Shown here: piece after piece, positions 39,392 to 50,675 of the stretch
Position numbering within the stretch: position 1 is the first letter of the stretch
How the letters are laid out: every line of letters begins with the position of its first letter
Assembly: GCA_963798485.1 (NCBI GenBank)
Contig: CAWCTR010000032.1
Span: forward strand, 1-64,000
From: an uncultured delta proteobacterium
GTDB taxonomy: Bacteria > Desulfobacterota > Desulfomonilia > UBA1062
Length of the DNA stretch: 64,000 nt
Direction: 5' to 3'
Notes under the pieces: model-generated
Databases searched by the model: none
What the model was told of the DNA's origin: nothing
The model's input: the letters and a program-made list of their open reading frames with translations, nothing else
Made by a program: the position numbers and the translations under genes

Positions 39392-41629
39392 ATGGGCGAA
39401 TGGAAGAAGACCGGCTGCGTGCTCTGTGCGCAGAACTGCGGGCTTGAGGTGTATGTCGAGGACAACCGGATCACCAAGACCAGGGGCGACAAGGACAACC
39501 CCCGCTCCAAAGGCTATGTCTGCCGCAAGGGGGCCAACATCGCCTTTCACCAGCACCACAAAGACCGGCTCAACCACCCGCTGAGGCGCGTGGGGGACAA
39601 GTTCGAACGTATCTCATGGGAGCAGGCCATAAGCGAGATAGCCGAGCGGCTCAAGGAAATCATCGCGACCTACGGCCCCAAATCCTTTGCCTATATGGGC
39701 GGAGGAGGCCAGGGATGCCACTTCGAGGCCGCCTTCGGTGTGAGGCTCATGAGGGCGCTGGGATCCCGCTATCACTACAATGCCCTTGCCCAGGAGCTCA
39801 CCGGCATATTCTGGGCCCATGGCCGCATAACTGGCAAGCAGTACCTCTTCGGCATACCCCATGAGGATGGTTCGGACATGCTGCTTGCCATAGGCTGGAA
39901 CGGCATGCAGAGCCACCAGATGCCGCGCGCGCCCCTGGTGCTCAAGGAATTTTCCAAGAACCCGGACAAGCTCCTGGTGGTCATCGACCCGAGGAAATCA
40001 GAGACGGCAGAGATAGCAGACATCCATTTCCCTATCCGCCCCGGCACGGACGCACTCCTCACCAGGGCCATGATCGCCATCATTCTTTCCGAGGGCCGGC
40101 ACCACAAGGAATATATCGAACAACACGTAAGCGGCTTTGCCGAGATCGAGCCATGGTTCAAGGACTTCGATGCACAGGCCGCAGTCAAGGTGTGCGGGCT
40201 CGATTTTGATCAGGTCCGGGAGCTCTGCCGCCTCCTTTCCACGCGCAAATGGTGCATGCACACGGACCTCGGCATCTATATGAACCGCCACAGCACCGTG
40301 GCCTCATATCTCCACCTTGTCCTGCTCGCCGTGTGCGGACGGCTCTGCGTAGAAGGCGGCAACGTCATCCCGGGCCAGCTCATGCCCATAGGCGCGCATA
40401 CGGACGAGCGCGACCCCAGGACATGGCGCACCGTAACGACAGGTTTTCCCGCTCTCATGGGCGTCTTCCCACCCAATGTCATGCCCGAAGAGATCCTCTC
40501 CGATCACCCCGAGCGCCTGCGCTCGGTCCTGTGCTGTCAGTCCAACCCTTTGCGCTCCTTTGCCGATACCACCATGTATGAGAAGGCCTTCAAGCGCCTC
40601 GACCTGCTCGTAACCTGCGAGCTTGCCATGACCGAGACAGCGGCCCTGTCACACTACGTGCTGCCCGCCCGCTCCGGCTATGAGTCCTGGGACGGCACCT
40701 TCTTCACCTGGACCTTCCCGGAGATCTACTTCCAGATGAGGCGCCCGGTCGTGGAGCCTGAAGGCGAAAGGCTCGAGGTGAGCCAAATCCACACGATGCT
40801 CGCCGAGACGCTCGGCCTCATCCCTAAGATTCCGGACTCCCTGAAGGAGGCAGCCAAAGGCGACCGGCTCACCTTCGGCATGGAGCTCATGAAATATGCA
40901 GGTGTTGAGCCCAAGGCCCTGCCCAACATGCAGTATGTCCTGGCGCAGACACTCGGTGAACAACTCGGATCTGCCAATCTTGCAGCGCTGTGGGGCATGC
41001 TCCAGGTGGCACCCAAGGATTTCCGGAAGTGCGCTCTCCGGGCCGGATTCAAGCCGGGGCCTCTCATGGGAGAAGAGCTGTTCCAGGCCGTGCTCGACCA
41101 CCCGGAAGGGATCATCCTCGGCAAGGCGGATGAGGGCAACAACTTTGACTCTGTTCAGACCCAAGACCACAGGCTGAACGTGCACATCCCCGAGATGGCC
41201 GACTGGGTGAACAGCATCGATGCCGAATCAGAAGAAAAGGCCCTGCGGCCCGATCCCGCCTACCCCCTCATCCTCCAGGCAGGCCGCCATATGAGCATGA
41301 ACGCCAACACCCTGATGCGTGACCCTGCATGGAACCAAGGCAAGCGTGCATGCACGCTGGCGATGCACCCGGATAACGCAGCCGGGTTGAACCTTGTCGA
41401 CGGACAGAAGGTACGCATCGTGACCGAGGCAGGCCAGGCCGAGATCGAACTTGAGGTGACGCCTGCAACCCGCAGTGGTCAAGTGATTATCCCCCACGGG
41501 TTCGGCATGGTGTATGACGGCAAGACACACGGGGCCAACGTGAACCGCCTCACCAAGAACACCTGCCGGGACAGGTTCGCAGGAACGCCCCTTCACCGCT
41601 ATGTCCCCTGCAGGGTCGAGGCGGTCTGA
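39392..41629 (+). CDS. Molybdopterin-dependent oxidoreductase with N-terminal [4Fe-4S]
   Basis: CVLCAQNC...C motif, RPGTD and a C-terminal molybdopterin-binding domain (MHP..A...GQ.V). Confidence 0.92.
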   Translation: MGEWKKTGCVLCAQNCGLEVYVEDNRITKTRGDKDNPRSKGYVCRKGANIAFHQHHKDRLNHPLRRVGDKFERISWEQAISEIAERLKEIIATYGPKSFAYMGGGGQGCHFEAAFGVRLMRALGSRYHYNALAQELTGIFWAHGRITGKQYLFGIPHEDGSDMLLAIGWNGMQSHQMPRAPLVLKEFSKNPDKLLVVIDPRKSETAEIADIHFPIRPGTDALLTRAMIAIILSEGRHHKEYIEQHVSGFAEIEPWFKDFDAQAAVKVCGLDFDQVRELCRLLSTRKWCMHTDLGIYMNRHSTVASYLHLVLLAVCGRLCVEGGNVIPGQLMPIGAHTDERDPRTWRTVTTGFPALMGVFPPNVMPEEILSDHPERLRSVLCCQSNPLRSFADTTMYEKAFKRLDLLVTCELAMTETAALSHYVLPARSGYESWDGTFFTWTFPEIYFQMRRPVVEPEGERLEVSQIHTMLAETLGLIPKIPDSLKEAAKGDRLTFGMELMKYAGVEPKALPNMQYVLAQTLGEQLGSANLAALWGMLQVAPKDFRKCALRAGFKPGPLMGEELFQAVLDHPEGIILGKADEGNNFDSVQTQDHRLNVHIPEMADWVNSIDAESEEKALRPDPAYPLILQAGRHMSMNANTLMRDPAWNQGKRACTLAMHPDNAAGLNLVDGQKVRIVTEAGQAEIELEVTPATRSGQVIIPHGFGMVYDGKTHGANVNRLTKNTCRDRFAGTPLHRYVPCRVEAV

Positions 41630-41682
41630 ATCTTGGTAAAGTGGATATCATGCATCCTTCCAGGTGACATGGTATGAATGTG

Positions 41683-41880
41683 GGGCGACCGGTTGTGCCG
41701 CCCCTACTTTCCCACATACAGTCTTATCCCCGCCAAGGCCGATCAAGCTGTTCAGGAGTGTTACACCAAGGTATCACGCTGCCTGTAAAAAGGCGGGCGC
41801 AAGGCCCACCCTTACATCCATCTGTCGGGGTTCGCTCATGATCACCCCAACCTACAGCTGCGGCCAAGGCCGCTCCTACA
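41683..41880 (-). repeat. Cluster of four GTAG-type REP-like hairpins
   Basis: Minus strand GTAGGAGCGGCCTTGGCCGC; GTAGGTTGGGG..CCCCGAC; GTAAGGGTGGGCCTTGCGCCCGCC; GTAGGGGCG..CGCCC. Confidence 0.65.
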
Positions 41881-41904
41881 ATTTCGAGTTATAATCCGGC
41901 GGGA

Positions 41905-42243
41905 TTAGAATCGGCGTCTGCCGCCGCCGCCTCCACCGCCACCTCCACCGCCAGGCCTTCTGCCTCTGTCGCCACCGCCGCCTCCACCCCCGCGGTTATC
42001 AGCACGCGGACGGGCTTCATTGACATTGATTGCGCGTCCTTTCAATTCCTTGCCGTTCAACCCGGCAATGGCAGCCTGTGCAGCGGCCTTGGCCGGCATC
42101 TCTACAAAGCCGAATCCTCGAGAATCACCGCTGAATTTATCGCGGATGACATTGGCTGTTGTTACCTCACCAAATGCCTGAAATGCCTGCTGCAGATCCT
42201 CATTGGTAACTTCTCTAGACAAATTCCCTACAAAGATATTCAT
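41905..42243 (-). CDS. RRM RNA-binding protein with Gly/Arg tail
   Basis: IFVGNL (RNP2) and RGFGFVEM (RNP1). Confidence 0.96.
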   Translation of the reverse strand: MNIFVGNLSREVTNEDLQQAFQAFGEVTTANVIRDKFSGDSRGFGFVEMPAKAAAQAAIAGLNGKELKGRAINVNEARPRADNRGGGGGGGDRGRRPGGGGGGGGGGGRRRF

Positions 42244-42621
42244 GCAACCTCCAACTGTTTATTGTGGACCTTCTGAACTTCACCGGGAGTCTACTAATCA
42301 TTCCTGACCTAAGACGCGTTTAGGCCTCCGAAGAAGTCACCTGTGAAGCCTTATACACCTAGTATCCTTGCGATACAATATAAACTCATCGTTCCTCTTT
42401 TCAGGACCCAGGACCTCTTGAGCAAGGACGATGGCCGTGACCGCCACGGCCTCGTGAAAGTCTGAGACACGGTTGCTCCGGTTATCAATAAGAAGTGAAA
42501 TCCTGGGGTCTTCGTCGCAGAAATAATAAGCCTCAATTGTGTAGTCAATGCTCCAGCATGCACTTCATGATCCCAAGGGGAGTCACAATTTATTCAGGCG
42601 TAAGGGGTTACGCCTTGTTTT

Positions 42622-45600
42622 CTAAAGATCGTTCAGCACCCTGGTCAACTCCGTGCCGAGGCTTGAAAGCCGGTAGGGCTTCTTGATGAATCCGGCAAGG
42701 CCCTTGCCGGCAAAACGACCGGTAGTCTCCTGTTCGTCATAACCGCTACTGATGATCACCTTTACATCCGGATTGATACGCCGGATCTCATCATAAGCCG
42801 CCAAACCGTCCAATTTCGGCATGGTGAGGTCCAGGATGACGCAGACGATCTCGCCAGCGTGCTCATGGAAGATCTTGACTGCTTCTTCACCATCTTTGGC
42901 GGTGATCACCTTGTACCCCAGCCGCTCAACCATGGCCCGGCAGAGGTCCCGCACCATATCCTCATCGTCCGCTATCAAGACTATGCCTGAGGAAAGCGCC
43001 GTTGCACCATTCTCAAGCTCCAAAGCAGACACACCGGATTTTATCCCTTTGAGCGTTTTCTTGCCCTGTGATGCCGGAAACATTACCTTGATGGTTGTCC
43101 CTTCGCCGGGTTCGGACTCGACCATAATGGCGCCCTTGTGCCCGCTCACAATACCCAGGACTGCTGCCATGCCCAGGCCGCGGCCTGTGAATTTGGTGGT
43201 GAAGAAGGGGTCAAAGAGACGGTCTTTGGTTTCATCGTCCATACCGCAGCCCGTATCCCTGACCTCGAAGAATACATAGGTGCCGGGGTCCGGCTTCTCC
43301 TTGAGACGGCTGTCCTGCAGATAACCCTGGTCGCATTCCAAGGCGCCTGTCGTAATGGTGACGACGCCGGGTTGCTCCCCTACTGCCTCTGATGCATTCA
43401 CGATAAGGTTCATGATGATCTGTTGGATCTGGCTCGGATCGGCCACAACGGACGGGAGGTCGGCTTGCATCTGGAGGTTCAGGGTCACGGTCTTGGAGAT
43501 GGATGCCTTGAGCAGGTGTGCCATCTCCTGCACAAGCTCGCTCAGATCGAACGGCTTCAGATCGAACCTGCCCTTGCCTGAATACGCAAGCATCTGGTTC
43601 GTGAGGTCTGCAGCCCTCCGGCCTGCTTTCAGGGCCTGGTCGATGAAGGGCCTTGAACGTGATACCGGTGAAAGGTCAAGCCGTGCAAGATCGAGATTGC
43701 CAAGAATAGCCATGAGCAGATTGTTGAAGTCGTGCGCAATGCCGCCTGCCATGACCCCTAAGCTTTCGAGTTTCTGGGCATGGAGCAGACGGCGCTCCAT
43801 ATCGAGCTTCTGTTCTTCTGCCTTCATGCGCTCGGTGATATCTCTGGCGACGGACATCGTAGCCTGACTGCCATCCATTTCAAATAGGACAGTGGAAACC
43901 TCCACAGGAATCCTGTGGCCGTCTTTGGAAATATGTTCGGTTTCAAACAACACCTGTTTATTATTAAGCAACTTTTTAATAATAGCAGGCATCTGTCCTG
44001 AACGGTCAGGCGCGTCAATATCCTGAGGCGACAACTTGAGCATTTCCGACCTTGTATAACCCAACCTTTCGCAGACAACATCGTTGACCTGTATAAAGTT
44101 TGTCGGCTGACCGTCTTTTCCCATTAGGTGAACAGCTATAGCATCTCTTCCGCTGTTAAAGAGCAGGCGGAATCTCTTTTCGCTTTGCCGCAGCGCCTCT
44201 TCGGCCTTCTTGCGCTCGGTGATATCTCTTACCAGTGCCTGGAGGTATGGCTGATCCCCCAGTTCAATGCGGTTCAAAGTGACCTCGGCGTCAAAAGGTT
44301 CCCCATCCTTTCGCACATGTTTCCAGTAAAAATGTTGGGGTGTTCCATCAAATGCGGCATTGATAACTTCCTGCGCCTTTTCTTTGGATGCCCTTCCATC
44401 GGGCTGCTCAGTCGGGCTGAATTCCCATGGCCTGTAGCCGAAGATGTCATCCTTACTGTCACACCCGAACATCTTCAATGTCATCTGATTGCATTCAATG
44501 TACCTGTCTTCACTCATTATAAAGATTGCATCATTGGCACTCTCAAAAAGGGTGCGATAGCGTCTCTCCGCCTCCCGTATGGCCTCTTCAGCCTGCTTGC
44601 GTACCGAGATATCGCCCAGGCTGCCCAGCATACGGATTGCCCTGCCTTTGTCATCAGAAAGGAAAACGCCGTGGTCCTCCACAAAGATATACGTGCCGTC
44701 CTTTCTCAGCAGACGGTACTCGGCATTATATGGGCACAATTCCTTTAGGGCCGCCTCAAGAATGATAACCACATCAGTGCGGTCATCAGGATGGACCATC
44801 TCGTTGAACGACTTTATATCCACCGTCCCAAACTCCTCAGGGCTGTAGCCTGTAATCCGCGATATGGCCCCATGCCAGGTGAGGCGCCCTGATGGGGCAT
44901 CATAATCATATACGAGCTTCCCGGTCAGCTCGGCCATGAGGCGGTAGCGTTCCTCGCTCTCTCTCAGTGCCTCCTCGACCTGCTTTCGCTCGGTGATGTC
45001 CAAGGCGGTGAACGTTACCCCTGCCAAGAGGTCTCCCGGCACAATGGGGGTAGAGCTCAGGAGGATGTCGATGATCGTGCCGTCTTTTTGTTTCCAGTGT
45101 GTCTCTACGGTCCCGGTGCCTTTGTTCTGGATTTGGCGATATTTCTCAGTACCCACATAATCCGATTCTTCCTGGGTTGGATAGAAGATGCGGGCCGGTT
45201 TCCCCACCAGTTCCTCACGTGAATATCCCGTCATCTCACAGATGCGGTCATTGACCTCCAACAGGATACGGTCAGCCACCACCCCGATACCCGTGGGTGC
45301 CGCCCGGAAGATACTGTCCAGCTTGGCCTGCCGCTGCCTGATGGCCTCTTCTGCATTTTTCCGCTCGGTGATATCGCTCAACACTCCATCGTATGAAATA
45401 ATGGCCCCTGCTTCGTTCCGGTGGACGACAGGCATGTTGACAACCCATCGAATTGAACCCTGCTTATGGTAGATACGGTGCTCGATGGGCCCCTCATGCT
45501 CCCCCATGAGGACCTTGTTGAAATACTCCCGTACCTTCTCCCGATCCTCCTTCACCACCATGTTGAACCAGAGAAACGGGTCAGTATTGAATTCTTCCAC

Positions 45601-46878
45601 CCTGTATCCTGTCACGGCTTCGCATGCAGGGCTGTGCTCCGTATAGACCCCCCTGCCTCCTTCGACATGGACGGTGTAGATATAATCCGTTATTGCCGCA
45701 ACGATCTTCCGGTAGCGCGCCTCACTCTCGCGCAAGGCCTCCTCTATCTCCTTGCGCAAGGAGAGGTCCCTGAATTCAGTCACCCTGACAGTCCGGCCAT
45801 GATAGGGAATGTTCTTACCGATGATCTCCAATGGATAGATCGTTCCGTCTTTCCGGACACCCTCCACGTCGTAGGATTTCTCATACCCGCTTACAATATT
45901 TTGCAGTACAAGATCCCGCCACTTGGGTGCGATGAGATCTAATCCATTCATGCCGATGAGTTCATCCATTGAGTAACCGGTTATGTCAACAAGACCATGG
46001 TTGCAGTCCAGGATGACCCCCTTGTCGTGAATGCCTATGCCGCCGAAGGACGCTTCATGGAGGGCTCGGAACCTTTCCTCGCTCTCTTTAAGGGCATTTT
46101 CCGCTTTCTTCTGTTCGGTGATGTCGCGGGCCAAGGAAAGCATGTAGGTCTTATCCCCGACCTCAATAAGGCGAGACGAGAGGATCACATCCCTTGCCTT
46201 CCCGTCTTTCCTTGAAAGCTTCACCTGCGAGCACTTGGTTGAGTCTTTGGCAGAAAGACTCTTTACGAATCGTTCCCGGTCAGTCTGGTTTGCCCACATA
46301 TTGATATCCAGGGTAGTCTTACCTATAAGCTCATCATGTTCATACCCGGACCATTTTTCACTAGCCTTATTGGCATCGATAATTCTTCCTGTTGCAGGGT
46401 CGGATATCACCATAGATTCAGGGCTTGAAAGGAAGGCCTCGGAGAATTTTTTTTCAGACAGTTGCAGCCGTTCTTCCATCCTTTTTCGCTCGGTTATGTC
46501 GCGGAATGTTAACAGGCCTGCATCCTGGCCGCCAAAGGATACACGCCGGCCGATGGCTTCAATCCACTTCTGGTCACGCTTATGCGTTATGATCCTGTAT
46601 TGATAAAGAGAACCTGCCTCCCCGGCCTTGGTGAGCATAAGGACTTCAAGTGCCTTCTGACGGTCTTCAGGGTGGAGGAATTGGGCAATGTTAAAGCCTT
46701 TGGGTGATTTTCGGGGCTTGAGACCCACGATCCGATACGCAGCCTTATTGGCAAACAGGATATTGCCGTCCCGGTCAATTACAACCAGTCCGTCGAGCAT
46801 GTTTGACGTGAGGGTATCGAAGAGTTCACTGGTTTCCTTTAGATTCGAGCTTGTCTTCATATATCGTTTTTCAGGCAA
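42622..46878 (-). CDS. Cytoplasmic hybrid histidine kinase with ~8 PAS domains and a receiver domain
   Basis: Eight DIT/DIS/DLS-ERK-type linkers; AHDFNN, NASEA, DTGCGM, GRGLG and ILDLTMP motifs. Confidence 0.95.
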   Translation of the reverse strand: MPEKRYMKTSSNLKETSELFDTLTSNMLDGLVVIDRDGNILFANKAAYRIVGLKPRKSPKGFNIAQFLHPEDRQKALEVLMLTKAGEAGSLYQYRIITHKRDQKWIEAIGRRVSFGGQDAGLLTFRDITERKRMEERLQLSEKKFSEAFLSSPESMVISDPATGRIIDANKASEKWSGYEHDELIGKTTLDINMWANQTDRERFVKSLSAKDSTKCSQVKLSRKDGKARDVILSSRLIEVGDKTYMLSLARDITEQKKAENALKESEERFRALHEASFGGIGIHDKGVILDCNHGLVDITGYSMDELIGMNGLDLIAPKWRDLVLQNIVSGYEKSYDVEGVRKDGTIYPLEIIGKNIPYHGRTVRVTEFRDLSLRKEIEEALRESEARYRKIVAAITDYIYTVHVEGGRGVYTEHSPACEAVTGYRVEEFNTDPFLWFNMVVKEDREKVREYFNKVLMGEHEGPIEHRIYHKQGSIRWVVNMPVVHRNEAGAIISYDGVLSDITERKNAEEAIRQRQAKLDSIFRAAPTGIGVVADRILLEVNDRICEMTGYSREELVGKPARIFYPTQEESDYVGTEKYRQIQNKGTGTVETHWKQKDGTIIDILLSSTPIVPGDLLAGVTFTALDITERKQVEEALRESEERYRLMAELTGKLVYDYDAPSGRLTWHGAISRITGYSPEEFGTVDIKSFNEMVHPDDRTDVVIILEAALKELCPYNAEYRLLRKDGTYIFVEDHGVFLSDDKGRAIRMLGSLGDISVRKQAEEAIREAERRYRTLFESANDAIFIMSEDRYIECNQMTLKMFGCDSKDDIFGYRPWEFSPTEQPDGRASKEKAQEVINAAFDGTPQHFYWKHVRKDGEPFDAEVTLNRIELGDQPYLQALVRDITERKKAEEALRQSEKRFRLLFNSGRDAIAVHLMGKDGQPTNFIQVNDVVCERLGYTRSEMLKLSPQDIDAPDRSGQMPAIIKKLLNNKQVLFETEHISKDGHRIPVEVSTVLFEMDGSQATMSVARDITERMKAEEQKLDMERRLLHAQKLESLGVMAGGIAHDFNNLLMAILGNLDLARLDLSPVSRSRPFIDQALKAGRRAADLTNQMLAYSGKGRFDLKPFDLSELVQEMAHLLKASISKTVTLNLQMQADLPSVVADPSQIQQIIMNLIVNASEAVGEQPGVVTITTGALECDQGYLQDSRLKEKPDPGTYVFFEVRDTGCGMDDETKDRLFDPFFTTKFTGRGLGMAAVLGIVSGHKGAIMVESEPGEGTTIKVMFPASQGKKTLKGIKSGVSALELENGATALSSGIVLIADDEDMVRDLCRAMVERLGYKVITAKDGEEAVKIFHEHAGEIVCVILDLTMPKLDGLAAYDEIRRINPDVKVIISSGYDEQETTGRFAGKGLAGFIKKPYRLSSLGTELTRVLNDL

Positions 46879-46946
46879 AGGAATAGATCCAACCCATATA
46901 AGAGTAATAAGACCGTATTGTTAAACAGTCAATGGAAGAAATAATA

Positions 46947-47534
46947 TCATTTTAAAGGCAGGGACCGGGCGATATCCCTCGCCTCTGAGAGCATCTTCTC
47001 CCTCTCGGCAGGGGTGGCAATGGGAACCCCCATGAAGAACCGGTGTTCCAACACCTCAATGCCGCAAAACCTGAATATGCCGCCGTCGATTGTCGTTCTG
47101 ATGCCCTCGAGCATGCCTGACTTCCGGTAGTACATGAGGCTGCCTCCCGTGGAGTTGAGGATCACGGCCTTCTTGCCCCGGAGCAGTCCCTGGGGCCTGT
47201 CCCCCTGGAAGGAATAGGCAAAGCCCGGCGAAAAGACCTTGTCCACGTACCCCTTGAGCACGGCGGGCATGCCTGCCCAGAAGATCGGGGAGATGAACGA
47301 CACAATACCGGCCCAGCGAATGTGATCCTGCTCCTGCCTGATGTCTTCAGGGGGCTCTCCCCGGTCGATCATATTGTAGTCCGAGAGCGTGATTGCCGGA
47401 TTGAAACCCAAAGCATATAGGTCGCGTATGCGCACTTCATGGCCGGAGGCCTTCAATTCCGAGGCATATGCATCCATAATGGCATGGTTAAAGCTCGCCG
47501 GGTTCGGATGCGCATATATGATAAGGTTGTTCAC
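46947..47534 (-). CDS. Flavodoxin-like NAD(P)H oxidoreductase (KefF/MdaB family)
   Basis: YAHPNPASFN, RDLY, P.FW..MPAVLKGYVD motifs. Confidence 0.92.
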   Translation of the reverse strand: MNNLIIYAHPNPASFNHAIMDAYASELKASGHEVRIRDLYALGFNPAITLSDYNMIDRGEPPEDIRQEQDHIRWAGIVSFISPIFWAGMPAVLKGYVDKVFSPGFAYSFQGDRPQGLLRGKKAVILNSTGGSLMYYRKSGMLEGIRTTIDGGIFRFCGIEVLEHRFFMGVPIATPAEREKMLSEARDIARSLPLK

Positions 47535-47625
47535 AAGTGGTCCCCATCACGGCATGTGTTGCTTATTAGTATAAGTCCGGGCGGCAACAAAGCCAGTGGG
47601 GATACAACGACAGGCAAAGAACTCT

Positions 47626-49053
47626 TCAGTTCGCCGCGGGTTCTTGAGAAACCTCTCTCACCACCCCAAGACGCATGAGGAGCGAGCCCTTTTTCGTGCC
47701 ATCGCCGATAGCCAGGCTGCTGACCACCACACGATTGATAGGGACGAACCTTTCGTCAGGCTGGGCAGGCTCGGTATATGCGTAGAGGTCATGTATGGCG
47801 TATGGCATCCCATCAATTGAGCCGAGGAAAAGCATGATGTGCCCTGGGAACTGGAGTGTGGTTATGCCTGCCACCACGGAGTCTGCGAGTATTCCTTGAC
47901 GATCGGTTTGAGAGTTTGCCTTGGTGAAATTCGCCATGAGCTTACCCACCTTGCCCTGCTGGGAGGAATTCCTGGGCAGCGTGATACCCATGGCAGCGAA
48001 GACCTCCTGGATAAAACGGGAGCAATCCTGCTCTCCGTACATGCCGCCCCACCCGTAAGGGGCGTTTAAAAGCTTGAAGGCCTGGCTTATGGCATTGCGC
48101 GGGGTGTAGGAAAGAAAGCCCCGGTGGACCTGGGAAGCTGCGACATAGGCGGCTTCAAACGCGCACCCTCCTTCTTGGGTGCGGGCCGGGACAAGGACTT
48201 GTATGATGCCGTTATCCCATTCCTGGGCAAGGGGGAGCCTGATACCCATGTGAATATAGGTGAGGTGATGCCTGAGCCAGGGATCTTGGTAGATGTCGGC
48301 CTTGGCATCGGTGCCCACGACAAAATCCGTGCTCGCCTCATATCGATCCATATCCTCTTTAGGGCACAAGGCAACATTATCCGAGAGCACCCAGCCTTCG
48401 GAGTCGGGGGATATGGTGTAGACCCATACGTGGTCGGCGCTCTCCATAAGTACAAGAACAGGTGTTGCCATATCCAGGGCATTATTCTGAAGCCTGTCGA
48501 TTGCAGTGTCCGTGGCGCTCTTATAAAACGGCTTTGTGGTCGGCAACAGCCTCTGGTCGGAAGGCCTGACCACATATGCAAAGTGCGCAGTGATGGATGG
48601 CGGAATCTGATCAAGGCCCATCAGGACCTCCATCTGGTTGATGAAGTCCTTTGTCATCAGAACCCCGTTACTGTCCACATAGCCCTGATTTTGGGCAAGC
48701 ATCTTCCGTAACGAGCCTCTAAACGCCAAGCCGTCACGGATAGGCGAAAGCCGGAGTACATCATGCACGGCCTTGGTCTTTTTTATGATATAGGCATTGA
48801 AGCCTACGATATCCTGCCCTGTCATGATAACGGCATCCGGGTCAGGGTGGCGGCCGATCCAGAACCCGGCGGTATTCATCTCAGGACTTGTCCCGGGGGC
48901 GAGCGCCGGCACACTGTAGTAATCATACTTATATTTATATATGATCTTCGGCTGGCACGCGCTCAGAAGCGTAAGTGCGATGACGAAGATAAAAGTGAGT
49001 CTCGACAGCATGCGAAACCCACGAACATGGGCAGATCCTCTTGTCGCTTCCAT
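47626..49053 (-). CDS. SH3 + NlpC/P60 lipoprotein (cell-wall peptidase)
   Basis: Lipobox LSAC, PYGWGG...DCS, LPRNS and GHIML. Confidence 0.9.
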   Translation of the reverse strand: MEATRGSAHVRGFRMLSRLTFIFVIALTLLSACQPKIIYKYKYDYYSVPALAPGTSPEMNTAGFWIGRHPDPDAVIMTGQDIVGFNAYIIKKTKAVHDVLRLSPIRDGLAFRGSLRKMLAQNQGYVDSNGVLMTKDFINQMEVLMGLDQIPPSITAHFAYVVRPSDQRLLPTTKPFYKSATDTAIDRLQNNALDMATPVLVLMESADHVWVYTISPDSEGWVLSDNVALCPKEDMDRYEASTDFVVGTDAKADIYQDPWLRHHLTYIHMGIRLPLAQEWDNGIIQVLVPARTQEGGCAFEAAYVAASQVHRGFLSYTPRNAISQAFKLLNAPYGWGGMYGEQDCSRFIQEVFAAMGITLPRNSSQQGKVGKLMANFTKANSQTDRQGILADSVVAGITTLQFPGHIMLFLGSIDGMPYAIHDLYAYTEPAQPDERFVPINRVVVSSLAIGDGTKKGSLLMRLGVVREVSQEPAAN

Positions 49054-49260
49054 TATTTGATATTATACGACATTGAGCCCTTCTTGGGAACTCTCATATA
49101 CATTGTTCAACGGACTCGGGCACTATCGCCGACATGTTCTATCATCACTCCTGAATTCTGTCTTCTGACTCCTGCATATCTGATTCCAACCTTTTCTTAA
49201 ATAATTGTCTTGCAGTTCTTCTCTGAATATTATCTAATTTCCCTCCATGGAGGATTCTGA

Positions 49261-50094
49261 GTGGGCATGAAACGTTGGATAAATTATTTGCTGGCAGGCA
49301 TGTTGCTGTGCGTGTTCATGAGCACGCCGGCATTCGCGGGTAAAACCCTCGTTGTAGCGGTAAATCCCAACTGGCCGCCCATGGAAATGAAAGATACGAA
49401 GGGGAAGATAACAGGCTATGAGATCGATCTTATAAAGGCCATGGGAGAGGCTGCAGGATTCAAGGTCAAGATTGTAGCTGTCCCGTGGAAAACCATATTC
49501 AATGGTCTCGAAAAAGGCAAATATGACGCCGTCCTGGCCTCTGTAAGCATAACGGAGGCCAGAAAAGATAAGTATGATTTCTCCGAGCCCTATTTCACCA
49601 CGGAACAGATCTTTGTAGTCCCAAAGGCCAAGAGAGAAGAACCGCTGCGGGAAAAGAGCATTGCGGCCTTCAAATTAACAACCGGGGCAGAGGCGATCAG
49701 GTTGTACCAGAAGGTCAACATTGCCTTTTACACGGTTGAAGAAACCGATAAGGCCTTCAAGGATCTGTCAAAAGGCTTCATCGATGGCGTACTCTGCGAC
49801 TCATCCATGGCAGTGGATTACGCCACGTGCAACAAGAAGTATAAGGATAAGTTCGCCCTGACAACCTGCATGTTGCCCGATGGGGTGCAAATACCCAAAG
49901 AGAATTATGGGATAGCGGTCAGGAAGGGCAATGCCGAGGTCCTCGATCTGATCAACCAGGGCCTCCAAGCAGTGAAAGAAAAGGGCATCGAAAGCGAGAT
50001 ACGGACGAAGTGGATTAAACCTTCTGAACTCGGGACAGGTCCCGGTCTGCCCGGCAAAGACGGTTTATCCTTGAATGAACGCGCGGTGCACTAG
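49261..50094 (+). CDS. Polar amino-acid ABC substrate-binding protein
   Basis: WPPME, GYEIDL, ITEARK..YDFSEPY and YGIAVRKG. Confidence 0.9.
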   Translation: MGMKRWINYLLAGMLLCVFMSTPAFAGKTLVVAVNPNWPPMEMKDTKGKITGYEIDLIKAMGEAAGFKVKIVAVPWKTIFNGLEKGKYDAVLASVSITEARKDKYDFSEPYFTTEQIFVVPKAKREEPLREKSIAAFKLTTGAEAIRLYQKVNIAFYTVEETDKAFKDLSKGFIDGVLCDSSMAVDYATCNKKYKDKFALTTCMLPDGVQIPKENYGIAVRKGNAEVLDLINQGLQAVKEKGIESEIRTKWIKPSELGTGPGLPGKDGLSLNERAVH

Positions 50095-50106
50095 CCATTT
50101 GTCTTC

Positions 50107-50673
50107 TCATGCCCGCATGGCCATGAGGAACTCGCTTATCTCATTGTCGGTCAACCCTGCCTTCTCTATCCCGAGTTCCTGCGTAAGCCCTGCGCAGCTC
50201 TGTGTTACCTCCTCCGGCTCCCCGGATGTGCAGATCTCTTCCACATAGATGTCCGGGTCATTCTCCGAACCGAGGATGACATATTGAAACAGCCTCACAT
50301 CCGCCTTCAGACCATGTTGGAGGATGGAATCGATCTCAGGGGGGAATGATGGGGAGAGGATCATGAGCATAGTGGGCAATGTGAAGTCGATCTCACTTGG
50401 CTGGTAGACCCTGGCGAGAAACTCCCGGTTCTCAAGATACCACCGGTAACCGGTCAGCGCCCCGAGCAGGGCATCGCTGAGCTTGCCTGTATTGATGGTA
50501 ACGAGATAGATCCTGTCCTTGTCAACGGCCAGGATATCAATGCTCCCGGTAAAGGAGTTTCCAATGCGGTACTCAACGATCCTTAAACCAAGCCCCTCCT
50601 TAAGCCACTGTGCGCATATCCTGATAATATGGGCCGAGTCAGCGATGTTTACAGGTTTGAGAAACCGCATCAT
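50107..50673 (-). CDS. Hypothetical protein with a possible degenerate PD-(D/E)xK-like fold
   Basis: GSIDILAVD...IYLVTIN resembles NucS-like 'IDILA.D...VIELK' without the ExK. Confidence 0.5.
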   Translation of the reverse strand: MMRFLKPVNIADSAHIIRICAQWLKEGLGLRIVEYRIGNSFTGSIDILAVDKDRIYLVTINTGKLSDALLGALTGYRWYLENREFLARVYQPSEIDFTLPTMLMILSPSFPPEIDSILQHGLKADVRLFQYVILGSENDPDIYVEEICTSGEPEEVTQSCAGLTQELGIEKAGLTDNEISEFLMAMRA

Positions 50674-50675
50674 GG

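Noticed and set aside
41683-41880. CRISPR array
   Set aside because: The hairpins are not identical direct repeats, the spacing is irregular and there are no cas genes.
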